A DNA stretch of 64,000 bases. It comes from Bdellovibrionales bacterium RIFOXYD12_FULL_39_22. Lineage in GTDB: Bacteria; Bdellovibrionota; Bacteriovoracia; Bacteriovoracales; Bacteriovoracaceae. The translations under genes were made by a program, and so were the position numbers. Location: NCBI GenBank assembly GCA_001770205.1, contig MEQL01000035.1:62001-126000 (forward strand), written 5' to 3'. The first letter of the stretch is position 1. The number at the start of each line of letters is the position of its first letter. The notes below the pieces were generated by a model. That model searched no databases, had not been told where the DNA came from, and saw nothing but the letters and a program-made list of their open reading frames with translations. This document shows, piece after piece, positions 49,271 to 57,900 of this stretch.

Positions 49271-50998
49271 ATGGCACAATTTAAAGTTGATTTCCGCGAT
49301 CACTTTTTTAACCTTTTTGAACTTCTTAACTGTCAGCAATACTCCAAACAGTTTTCAGAAAGTGAACTTAAAGAGACTTTTTCAGAGTTTGTTAAATTTG
49401 TAACCAATGAAATTTATCCGACCAGAACAGTTTCTGACCTGGAAGGAGTGAAGCTAGAGGGGGGAAGAGTCAAAGTAGCTCCCTGTCTACATAAACCTAT
49501 GCGACTTTTTTATGAAAATGGGTGGTTCGGCCTAGGAATTTCCGAGAAATTTGGTGGGATTCCAGTTCCGATCTCTTTTTTGATTTCGTGCGTTTCTACT
49601 GAAAACAGCGCGAATGTCGCCTTTACTATTTACCATTGGTTGGCCCGTTCTGCTAGCAATGTGATAATTCGCATTGGTAGTGAAAATCAAAAGCAGTTTG
49701 TTATCCCTAAAATGAATAGTGGAGAGTGGGGAGGAACCATGTGTTTGACAGAGCCCAATGCTGGCTCTGACGTGGGGGCATTAACGACTATGGCCACACC
49801 GATAAGTGGAGTGCCGCGAAAATATAAATTAAAGGGCAGCAAGATTTTTATTAGTGGGGGGGATAACGATCTTTATCAGAATATTGTGCATTTGGTTTTG
49901 GCGCGTACCCCTGGAGCTCCTGCTGGTTCCAAAGGCCTTTCGCTGTTTACTGTTTCGCAATATAAAATTTTAGACAATGGTAGTTTGGGCGATTGGAATA
50001 ATGTCTCCTGCAATAAAATAGAAGAGAAGATGGGGATTCACTCTTCGGCCACCTGCGAGCTGCTTTTTGGACAAGATGGTGAGTGCGAGGGAGAATTACT
50101 CGGAGAGTTAAATGAAGGCATGGCCAATATGTTTTATATGATGAATGAGGCCAGGTTACTTTGTGCTTTGCAAGGAGAAGGACAAGGATATTTGGCGTAT
50201 ACTTTGTCAGAGCAGTATGCCAACGAACGCCAGCAGTTTGGTACAGAGATTGCCAATCACCCGGATATTAAGCGAACTTTAAAAAATATGCGTGCGCTTT
50301 CGAGAGGACTGCGTGCGCTTTGTTTGTATACCGGCCATCAATTTGATGTGGAATATCGTGAGAAAAAACATGATAGTGCAAAATCTAAGGCGGCAGAAAT
50401 AGAAGTAGGATTACTTACACCTATTTGTAAGGCCTATGGCACAGATGAGGGTTTTAATATGGCCGTAGATGCAGTGCAAATCCATGGAGGATATGGTTTT
50501 TGTAGTGATTACGGTATTGAGTTGATCGTACGAGATACCAAGATTGGCAGTATATATGAAGGAACAAATGGCATTCAAGCACTAGATTTTCTCACACGTA
50601 AAATTTTAAAAGATAATGGTGTAGGATATATGGGCCTTTTAAGTAAGATAGAAAAAACAGTGAGCGGATGTAAGGAGTGGCGTAGCGAATGCGCCTTGAT
50701 GGTTGAATCACTCGGCGATGTAAAAAAATTGATGAAAATTTTTCAAGAAAAATTAGTACAAAAAAAGAGCAATGAAGTTTTTTATCATGCGACGGACTTT
50801 TTAAAATTTAATTCCCACTTGGTAGTTGCCTGGAGATTGTTAGAAAGTGCCATATTGGCGGCCGAGAAATTAAATATGGGAATGGCCACTTTGCCTATAA
50901 CAGAACAAGAATTTTATCATTCCAAGATCGAAGATTTTCAAACATATGTTAAGGTGTTTCTAGCAAAAAACCGAGCACTCTTTTATACCATGAGCTAG
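49271..50998 (+). CDS. Acyl-CoA dehydrogenase
   Basis: Motifs GTMCLTEPNAGSD, KIFISGG, KMGIHSSAT, MMNEAR, VQIHGGYG and IYEGTNGIQALD. Confidence 0.94.
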   Translation: MAQFKVDFRDHFFNLFELLNCQQYSKQFSESELKETFSEFVKFVTNEIYPTRTVSDLEGVKLEGGRVKVAPCLHKPMRLFYENGWFGLGISEKFGGIPVPISFLISCVSTENSANVAFTIYHWLARSASNVIIRIGSENQKQFVIPKMNSGEWGGTMCLTEPNAGSDVGALTTMATPISGVPRKYKLKGSKIFISGGDNDLYQNIVHLVLARTPGAPAGSKGLSLFTVSQYKILDNGSLGDWNNVSCNKIEEKMGIHSSATCELLFGQDGECEGELLGELNEGMANMFYMMNEARLLCALQGEGQGYLAYTLSEQYANERQQFGTEIANHPDIKRTLKNMRALSRGLRALCLYTGHQFDVEYREKKHDSAKSKAAEIEVGLLTPICKAYGTDEGFNMAVDAVQIHGGYGFCSDYGIELIVRDTKIGSIYEGTNGIQALDFLTRKILKDNGVGYMGLLSKIEKTVSGCKEWRSECALMVESLGDVKKLMKIFQEKLVQKKSNEVFYHATDFLKFNSHLVVAWRLLESAILAAEKLNMGMATLPITEQEFYHSKIEDFQTYVKVFLAKNRALFYTMS

Positions 50999-51038
50999 CG
51001 CAATTGCAGCGTTGAGAATGTATATGTCTGGGCAAAAA

Positions 51039-52172
51039 TCATTTGTAGATGAATGCGCGGTTTCGTACTTCAGCGATATTAACTTTTGTATCCTCGGCAC
51101 TAAGAGTTCTCTTTTTTGAGTGTTCTTGCGGGTTGCTTTTTTCATACATGCTAAGTAGTGCATTTCCGATAGCACGGGCCAAAAGTGGCGGAACGGCATT
51201 ACCAATTTGGCGCCACTGACTAGCGAGAGATCCGGTAAAAACGAAATCATTGGGGAAGCTTTGTATGGCCGCGGCTTCGCGGGCAGTTAAATAACGATCC
51301 TCTTTGGGGTGATAGTAGCTACCTCTACTCGTCATGATAGTTGGCGAAATTGTTTTACTATCTAATCTTTGAAATTTAGTTTGGCGAAAGCGATTTTCCT
51401 TAAGCGTTTGCCAATCTACTCCCATGCTTAAACCTTTGGGGCGAAGATAGGCTTCTTCATCTTTTTGATAACGAATACCTCGTCCTTCAGGAATATGTTT
51501 CAAAATGCTACGATCACGTTCAGAGACAACTTTGGCCTTATCTACTTCATGATTGTAGATAATAGTATCGGTGGCCTTCAGGTTGCGTAGTGCCTCGCCT
51601 ACTGTTTTATAATTATTCTCATGTGTCGGGATAGGAAGTATTATGTCGTTATTGACTCGACTACCGACGATAATAGTGCGCTTGCGCCTTTCGGGCACGC
51701 CATATTGCTGGGCCTCTACCACTTTAAAGTCAAGCTTGTAACCAAGTTCTGCAAAACAATCAAAAATGGAGTGTAGGGTATCTTCATTTTTGCGTGCAAC
51801 TAGGCCGGTTACGTTTTCAATTACCACAAAAAGCGGTTTAGTGTGTTTTACGATGCGGACAAATTGTAAAAAAAGAGAGTTGCGTTTATCATCTGGATTT
51901 CCTCTACCGACGGTAGAGAAACCCTGACAGGGAGGGCCGCCCACCACGGCATGTACGGTTTCGCCGCCCAAAAATTTATCCACCATTTCGTTAGTAAGTT
52001 TGTTGATATCTCCGCAGTAACTTTGCGCTTTTTTGTGATTTTTCTTAAAAGTTTCAATGGCCTTTTTATCAAAATCGACCCCTAAAAGGCAGTTAAGGCC
52101 GGCCATTTCTAGGCCACAAGACATACCGCCAGCTCCCGAAAAAAGATCAATGAAATTTAAAGATTTGCTCAT
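51039..52172 (-). CDS. dcm: DNA (cytosine-5)-methyltransferase, apparently orphan
   Basis: Motifs I (DLFSGAGG), IV (GGPPCQGFS), VI (ENV), VIII (YGVPERRKR) and X (QIGNAVPP). ATG at 52172 follows GGAG. Confidence 0.93.
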   Translation of the reverse strand: MSKSLNFIDLFSGAGGMSCGLEMAGLNCLLGVDFDKKAIETFKKNHKKAQSYCGDINKLTNEMVDKFLGGETVHAVVGGPPCQGFSTVGRGNPDDKRNSLFLQFVRIVKHTKPLFVVIENVTGLVARKNEDTLHSIFDCFAELGYKLDFKVVEAQQYGVPERRKRTIIVGSRVNNDIILPIPTHENNYKTVGEALRNLKATDTIIYNHEVDKAKVVSERDRSILKHIPEGRGIRYQKDEEAYLRPKGLSMGVDWQTLKENRFRQTKFQRLDSKTISPTIMTSRGSYYHPKEDRYLTAREAAAIQSFPNDFVFTGSLASQWRQIGNAVPPLLARAIGNALLSMYEKSNPQEHSKKRTLSAEDTKVNIAEVRNRAFIYK

Positions 52173-52260
52173 TAGAAAAACTCCTGCCGTTTGAAAAAAA
52201 GTAAAAAAGGCAACTATTGCCATTTCAAAAACAGGCAGAATGATAACCGGCCTCTAGATG

Positions 52261-52899
52261 TTAGGCAACATTTTTTTTATGATCAGCGATTTTAATGATG
52301 GATTTTTGATTAATAACTGGAGCTACCTCAAAACAGTGAGCGGAGGATTTAGTTACAATCTTGGTAATATGGTTAAACCACTTATCAGAAAGAGTGGTGG
52401 AAAGCAAAACTACTTGGCCACTATTTTTAGAGTTAAATTCAATGGCATTAATGATGTGGACAATATTTTCGGAGGATAAAAACTCTTCTGGACGCTCTAG
52501 AAAAAGAAAATCTGACTGTTGGATAAGTCCTTTGATAAAGACGGCAAGTTGTTGCATTTGCCGATCAACTTTACTGGGGTAGGCATCTGGTAAGGTGATT
52601 TGCGCAAAGAGTTTTTGCAAATGGGTATTTTCACTTTTTTGCATATAACTGTTAAATTGATGCTCCTTGGAGGTAGATAGATCGGAGGGAATATAGTCTA
52701 AGAGTATATTCTCTTTAAGCGTTAGGCCTTCAATTAGTTGATGATTGCTGGATATATATGCGAATTTTAAAGGCCGTTTGACGTGATTATAGTTTAAAAA
52801 ATTAATAAAAGTTTTAAGATGACAATGGCCTTTGTCATTAAGGTGGTTTTTAAATAGTAAAATATCTTCTCTTACGAAGAGTTGCTTGGCCGAAGTCAT
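52261..52899 (-). CDS. Degenerate ABC-ATPase-like protein
   Basis: Contains LIEGLTLKENI, Walker-B-like FLFLERPEEFL and VVLLST. No Walker A or LSGGQ signature. Confidence 0.6.
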   Translation of the reverse strand: MTSAKQLFVREDILLFKNHLNDKGHCHLKTFINFLNYNHVKRPLKFAYISSNHQLIEGLTLKENILLDYIPSDLSTSKEHQFNSYMQKSENTHLQKLFAQITLPDAYPSKVDRQMQQLAVFIKGLIQQSDFLFLERPEEFLSSENIVHIINAIEFNSKNSGQVVLLSTTLSDKWFNHITKIVTKSSAHCFEVAPVINQKSIIKIADHKKNVA

Positions 52900-52906
52900 G
52901 CCAAAC

Positions 52907-52934
52907 TTGTCGGAATTTTTTGCCTACCTCTTAA
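52907..52934 (-). promoter_or_regulatory. Putative sigma28 (FliA) promoter
   Basis: Minus strand reads TTAAG-N15-TCCGACAA, ending 7 nt before the ATG. Confidence 0.5.
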
Positions 52935-53019
52935 CCATTTTATTAATATTTTTATAAATAGTTGCTTGGAAAATACCATTTTGTGGTACTATAATTAGGT
53001 TGTAATTACAGGTAGTTAT

Positions 53020-54255
53020 TTGATGAGTGATAAACAAACAAAGAGTGTCGTTATTGGAATGACTCCAAAAATCGAGTCAGTAGTGGCGGCCTATCTACTG
53101 AAGAAAAATGGATATAACTGTATAGGCGTGTCAATTATTTTTCTTGATGAAGTCAAGTATAGTAAGGAAGATTCTCCAGTTTTTACTGATTGCCACGTTA
53201 GAGATTTGGCAAAAGTTAAGGCCATTTGTGATCATCTGAAAATTCAATTTTACGCTGCTAACGCTGTCGACTTGTATCGCGATAGAGTAGTGGAACATGT
53301 AGTGGTTAATCGATTAAACGGGCAGGCCATCTCTCCTTGTATTTTGTGTAATCGCTTAAAAATTGAGCAACTAAACGCGAAGGCCGATCTTTTGCACGCC
53401 GATTATGTAGCAACTGGCCACTATGTGAAATCCATTGAGAACAAACAGCGACAGGAATTTCACCTGGGGGCCAGTGGAGATTTGGAGTATGATCAGAGCT
53501 ATTTTTTTGCCAACCTAGAACAGTCTCTTTTAAAAAAATTAATTTTTCCGCTAGCAGATATGCGCAAAAGCGATGTCGATCGTATTGCTCGCTCTATTGG
53601 GTTAGATCATTTGATTGATATTGGCCAAGAAAAAAAAGGGCCGAAAAAGAAAAGTTGTTTTTACAATAACGATTTTATGCCGGCGTTTGTAGAAAAAAGA
53701 TCCCCCGCTTCTTTACGTCAGAGGGGAGGACTTATTGCGTATGAAGGTGAATCTTTTATTGCGGAACATAGTGGAGTTCATAATTATTATGTGGGGCAAA
53801 GCAGAATTTTAGCGGCAAGTAAGGCCGTAGTTGATCCTTCGCTTGAAGTTATAAAGATGTTACCTACGGATAAAGTGGTATATTTGGGGAGTCGGGATAT
53901 TTTTTCTTACGATTATTGTCTTCTGACCGAGTTTAGCTTTTTGTCTAAAACAGATTGTACAAGGCCCATGGCAGTTTTTGCTAAATTCAAACAAAGAGGA
54001 GAGCTTGTTGCGTGCACTTTAACTTTAAAAAATCATAGCTATGTGGTTTTAAAATTTACCCAGGAATATAAGGGGATGATTATTCCAGGAACTTATGCGG
54101 TCATATATGATCGCATGGGAAGTGGGGCCATATTACTCGGAGGGGGCGCGGTAGTGCAAAGTGGAATGATGCAAGTCGTGGATAGGGTGGGCAACGAAGA
54201 TGTTGATGAGGATGAAATAGATGAGAGCAAAAAAGATTTTGTTTTTAAATTTTAA
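53020..54255 (+). CDS. MnmA-like paralogue with a degenerate PP-loop
   Basis: SPCILCN, ATGHY, DQSYF and FPLADMRKSDV are retained. SGGVDS is replaced by TPKIES. Confidence 0.8.
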   Translation: MMSDKQTKSVVIGMTPKIESVVAAYLLKKNGYNCIGVSIIFLDEVKYSKEDSPVFTDCHVRDLAKVKAICDHLKIQFYAANAVDLYRDRVVEHVVVNRLNGQAISPCILCNRLKIEQLNAKADLLHADYVATGHYVKSIENKQRQEFHLGASGDLEYDQSYFFANLEQSLLKKLIFPLADMRKSDVDRIARSIGLDHLIDIGQEKKGPKKKSCFYNNDFMPAFVEKRSPASLRQRGGLIAYEGESFIAEHSGVHNYYVGQSRILAASKAVVDPSLEVIKMLPTDKVVYLGSRDIFSYDYCLLTEFSFLSKTDCTRPMAVFAKFKQRGELVACTLTLKNHSYVVLKFTQEYKGMIIPGTYAVIYDRMGSGAILLGGGAVVQSGMMQVVDRVGNEDVDEDEIDESKKDFVFKF

Positions 54256-55426
54256 AAGGTGGAGTTTTTTGCTGCTAGCATCGTGGATGCTGTCGCATGA
54301 ACTGTTGTATGGCGTGGAGTTAAAAAATAGTGAGCGGCGTCCAACCGATTTTATGACGATTCGTCAGTTGATGCAAAAGTTTCCGCGAGAAAATGTTGAA
54401 AAATATTTGCGCGATTTTATTAAAAGCGGCAACCCAAATAGAATGGCCGGCCAGCTAGGACATCTTGGCGCAAAAAATTATTTACTCGGCAAATTAAGTA
54501 GTATTAGCAAGGTCGCGCCGGCAGGTTTGGCCGGCACCTCCAACGTCGTGGTCGATGAGTTTATACCTGATATTGATTGGGCAATAAAAAAATATGAAAG
54601 CGACTTTAATCAGAAAGTGGCCGGGAAATATCCTATCGATGATCCTGTTTATAAAGTTTGGAATACTTTTACTCTCAATATCAAAGAGACGTTACGTTCA
54701 CTAAAAGAGGTAAAGGGCAGTAATCTAATTTGGGAAAAGCAAGGGTATAAAAACCCTCAACAAGTTTTGGCCATTGGCGCCTATTATGATTCGGTGGCCA
54801 TGAGTAAAGAGAGCTATATGGTGCAACTAGGCCAGGCCATTGAAGGGGCAGATAATAATGGATCGGGCGTTTCCATCTTGCTTTCTATGGCCGAACTTTT
54901 TTCTCAGATGGAGTTCCCTTTTACTATTCGTCTTATTTTTTTTGATTTTGGAGAGTTTCAGTCATTGGGGGCGCTCTCTTATGCTAAGAAGTATTTAGAG
55001 GATGCAAAAGAGCGGGCCAGTTTTTTAGGTTATATCGATCTTTTAATGTTAGGCCATGATTCGCTCTCTACAGATAAGCAGAAAAAAAATGGTAATATGA
55101 AACTTTATCTGCGCGGTAAACTAAATGCAGGATATAAGCAAGATAGTAATCTGGCCGATAAATTAGTAGCGGCCGGAAAAATGGTTCATCCAGGTATTAG
55201 ATTTACTCCGATGCCTAATGATTTTGATGTAAGTGGCCATTTGCATTTTTGGGATAAAGGAGTGGCCGCTCTTTTATTTTCTCAAGATTGGGAGGATGAT
55301 TCAAATGAAGTGCGAAATCATACCCCTGATGATTTTGTAGAATCTTTAAATCTAAAAACCCTAAGTGATGCCTTTTATTATATCGCCGGAAGTGTTATAT
55401 CGTTTGCTAACAATGTTACAAAGTAA
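54221..55426 (+). CDS. M28-peptidase-like protein with degenerate metal ligands
   Basis: GAYYDS, GADNNGSG, FDFGEF, IDLLMLG and NHTPDD align with M28 motifs. Signal-like N-terminus. Confidence 0.75.
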   Translation: MRAKKILFLNFKRWSFLLLASWMLSHELLYGVELKNSERRPTDFMTIRQLMQKFPRENVEKYLRDFIKSGNPNRMAGQLGHLGAKNYLLGKLSSISKVAPAGLAGTSNVVVDEFIPDIDWAIKKYESDFNQKVAGKYPIDDPVYKVWNTFTLNIKETLRSLKEVKGSNLIWEKQGYKNPQQVLAIGAYYDSVAMSKESYMVQLGQAIEGADNNGSGVSILLSMAELFSQMEFPFTIRLIFFDFGEFQSLGALSYAKKYLEDAKERASFLGYIDLLMLGHDSLSTDKQKKNGNMKLYLRGKLNAGYKQDSNLADKLVAAGKMVHPGIRFTPMPNDFDVSGHLHFWDKGVAALLFSQDWEDDSNEVRNHTPDDFVESLNLKTLSDAFYYIAGSVISFANNVTK

Positions 55427-55446
55427 GCAGATGGTAAGCGAAATCT

Positions 55447-56535
55447 ATGTCTCAAAATAATAAAACAGTGGTGGTTGGTATGTCGGGCGGCGTGGATTCG
55501 GCCGTCTCGGCCTATTTGTTAAAAGAGCAGGGATATAAAGTTATCGCACTGTTTATGAAAAATTGGGAAGAGAGTGATGAAAATGGTATCTGCCATGCGG
55601 CTGCCGATTATGAAGATGTTGTGGCAGTTTGTAACAAGTTGCAGATTCCATATTATGCGGTAGATTTTGTGAAAGAATATCGAGAGCAGGTTTTTGCACA
55701 TTTTCTGGCCGAGTATGAGAAGGGCCTTACTCCCAATCCGGATGTGCTCTGCAATCGAGAAATTAAATTCAAAGTTTTTTGGGATAAGGCGCGCGAGCTA
55801 GGAGCAGATTATTTGGCCACCGGGCATTATTGTCAGTTAAGAGAAAAAGAAGGCCATATCTATTTGGCCAAGGGTGCTGATGTCAATAAAGATCAGTCCT
55901 ATTTTTTATATATGGTTAAAGAAGATGTTTTAAAGAATGTACTTTTTCCGGTAGGAAATCTTACTAAGCCAGAAGTGCGCAAGATTGCCAAGAAACTAGA
56001 TTTGGCCAACAAGGATAAAAAAGATAGCACTGGAATTTGCTTTATTGGTGAACGTAATTTTCGCGAGTTTTTATCTAAATATATTCAGGCATCTCCAGGG
56101 AAATTTGAAACCACCGATGGAGTGGCCGTGGGAAATCATTTGGGCTGTGCTTTTTATACTATTGGCCAGCGAAAAGGATTGGGCCTGGGAGGCCCGGGAG
56201 AACCATGGTTTGTTTTAGAAAAAGATATTGCTCGCAATGTGGTCATTGTAGGAAGAGGGGAAGAGCATCCACTACTGTATTCTTCAGAATTAGTGGCCTC
56301 AGAAATTACCTGGGTATCTGATAATTTTAGGATAAATTATCCATACAATTGTAAGGCCAAAATTCGTTATAGACAGGCCGATCAAGAGGCAATGATATTT
56401 TCTTCTTTTGGAGATGGCCAGTCGCTGCTCATTAAGTTTAAAAACCCACAAAGGGCCATAACCTTAGGGCAGTCTGTAGTTTTATATGATGGAGAAATTT
56501 GTCTTGGTGGTGGTATTATTACCCAAAAATTATAA
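55447..56535 (+). CDS. mnmA: tRNA 2-thiouridine(34) synthase
   Basis: Motifs MSGGVDS, NPDVLCN, ATGHY, KDQSYF, DSTGICF, TIGQRKG and KIRYRQ. Confidence 0.97.
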   Translation: MSQNNKTVVVGMSGGVDSAVSAYLLKEQGYKVIALFMKNWEESDENGICHAAADYEDVVAVCNKLQIPYYAVDFVKEYREQVFAHFLAEYEKGLTPNPDVLCNREIKFKVFWDKARELGADYLATGHYCQLREKEGHIYLAKGADVNKDQSYFLYMVKEDVLKNVLFPVGNLTKPEVRKIAKKLDLANKDKKDSTGICFIGERNFREFLSKYIQASPGKFETTDGVAVGNHLGCAFYTIGQRKGLGLGGPGEPWFVLEKDIARNVVIVGRGEEHPLLYSSELVASEITWVSDNFRINYPYNCKAKIRYRQADQEAMIFSSFGDGQSLLIKFKNPQRAITLGQSVVLYDGEICLGGGIITQKL

Positions 56536-56550
56536 CTCACCAGTAAATGC

Positions 56551-56775
56551 CTACCAGAGTGAGTCATCATTTAAGTCGATATCATCATTTTTTTCTTCTG
56601 AGGATTCAAACTTAGCTTCAAAAGAAAGACAATCTTTTCCGCTCTCTTTGGCAACTAGAATTGAAGGTAGGAGTCGACTTTTAAAACCATAAATGCGACA
56701 ACCCTTGGGATTATTCTGATCCCAAGTTACATAGAAATAGTTGCACTTCAGGCAATTAATGGGTTTGTTGGACAT
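56551..56775 (-). CDS. Small 4-Cys conserved hypothetical protein
   Basis: Pattern CLKCNYFYVTWD...GCRIYGFKS...LPS...SGKDC, with an RBS-like GAGGG upstream. Confidence 0.75.
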   Translation of the reverse strand: MSNKPINCLKCNYFYVTWDQNNPKGCRIYGFKSRLLPSILVAKESGKDCLSFEAKFESSEEKNDDIDLNDDSLW

Positions 56776-56790
56776 AAAAGATGCCCTCTT

Positions 56791-57249
56791 TTAGCGGCGG
56801 CAGCAGAGTCGATTTAGATCCGCATTATTAAGTTTAGCATACATAAATTGCAAATCATCAACCATTTTGGTGAGAGAGACTTTGTTATTGTCGGCGATTA
56901 GCGTTTCCCGATAGCGAAAAGTTCTTCCCCTGGCCTTTTTTAGCAATTGGCCCACCTCTTCAGCGCAAAGTTCATCAGCAAAATAATTTTCTTCTGCTTC
57001 CGTAGAGAAGGTAAATTCTCCTAAAGCATTTAAAAAATCTGTTAATTCAATTCGTTTTGCATATAAATTAATTGCTGATTCATAAGTTCGATTGAATTTA
57101 GCAGTAAAGGAGTAGAATTTGTCGGCAACTTCTGCTTTACAGGTTAGATAAGGAATTTCTCTGTGTTGAAAATATTGCAGCAAAAAAGTGGACAGTAGCG
57201 ATAAAGCAATTACAAAAATGGCGGAAGTAATTAACCAATCTCTTTTCAT
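56791..57249 (-). CDS. Hypothetical membrane-anchored protein
   Basis: N-terminal TM segment from the ATG at 57249 (MKRDWLITSAIF) and four Cys. Confidence 0.6.
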   Translation of the reverse strand: MKRDWLITSAIFVIALSLLSTFLLQYFQHREIPYLTCKAEVADKFYSFTAKFNRTYESAINLYAKRIELTDFLNALGEFTFSTEAEENYFADELCAEEVGQLLKKARGRTFRYRETLIADNNKVSLTKMVDDLQFMYAKLNNADLNRLCCRR

Positions 57250-57262
57250 AAGAAGACTCCGA

Positions 57263-57739
57263 TTATTCAGTGGGGGGCGACAAGGCCGATCCTTCCGCTG
57301 TCGTAGTGGTGTTGGTTTCTGTTTCGGCGGTGGAAGTTGCATCTAGTGGCCCCGCCGGTTGGCAGTTTGCCAGGCACTCAGAGATTAGAATCTCATCTCG
57401 GTGAGTAGGCTGAAAAAACACACGGATGTCATTACAGCTAAGATTATCCACCATGGAGCGATAGATGGTGTAAGTGGCCCCTGGAATGTCGAAGTTGTTG
57501 ATTGAACTTTCTACTAAAAATTCTAAAACTCTCTCGGGACTAGTTACTTTAGCACTATCGTTATCGGGACATTGTACCGCAAACGACTTAGTTCCCAGGT
57601 AGGTGATGATTTTACAACAATCTATGCATTTATCGTGAGGAACATCAGCACAAATTCCCAGCAGTTTTTGATTGCTTCTGGCGAAAGAATTACTGTTAAT
57701 AAAAATTAAGAGGGCAGTTACAAATATAAATATTCGCAT
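57263..57739 (-). CDS. Hypothetical secreted Cys-rich protein with a Thr-rich tail
   Basis: Signal peptide from the ATG at 57739, CIDCC motif and tail TSTAETETNTTTT. Confidence 0.6.
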   Translation of the reverse strand: MRIFIFVTALLIFINSNSFARSNQKLLGICADVPHDKCIDCCKIITYLGTKSFAVQCPDNDSAKVTSPERVLEFLVESSINNFDIPGATYTIYRSMVDNLSCNDIRVFFQPTHRDEILISECLANCQPAGPLDATSTAETETNTTTTAEGSALSPPTE

Positions 57740-57900
57740 ATCTAAAAATGATAAGGGATAATTGAGAAGATTGCCAACAAATATTTTATCAAAGTTGTTA
57801 GCGTGTGCAACATTGTTATTTGATAAAGCTCGTTGTATAGTCGCTACGCTAAAAAAAAATCGCAAACTATGTCTAAACCGATCATCAAAGGAACACGACT

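Noticed and set aside
51039..52899. Type II restriction-modification system
   Set aside because: The neighbours of the MTase are an acyl-CoA dehydrogenase and an ABC-like protein. No endonuclease-like ORF is adjacent.
56551..56775. Uracil-DNA glycosylase label that I recall being attached to similar small proteins
   Set aside because: At 74 aa it is too short and has no UDG catalytic motifs, so it is left as hypothetical.
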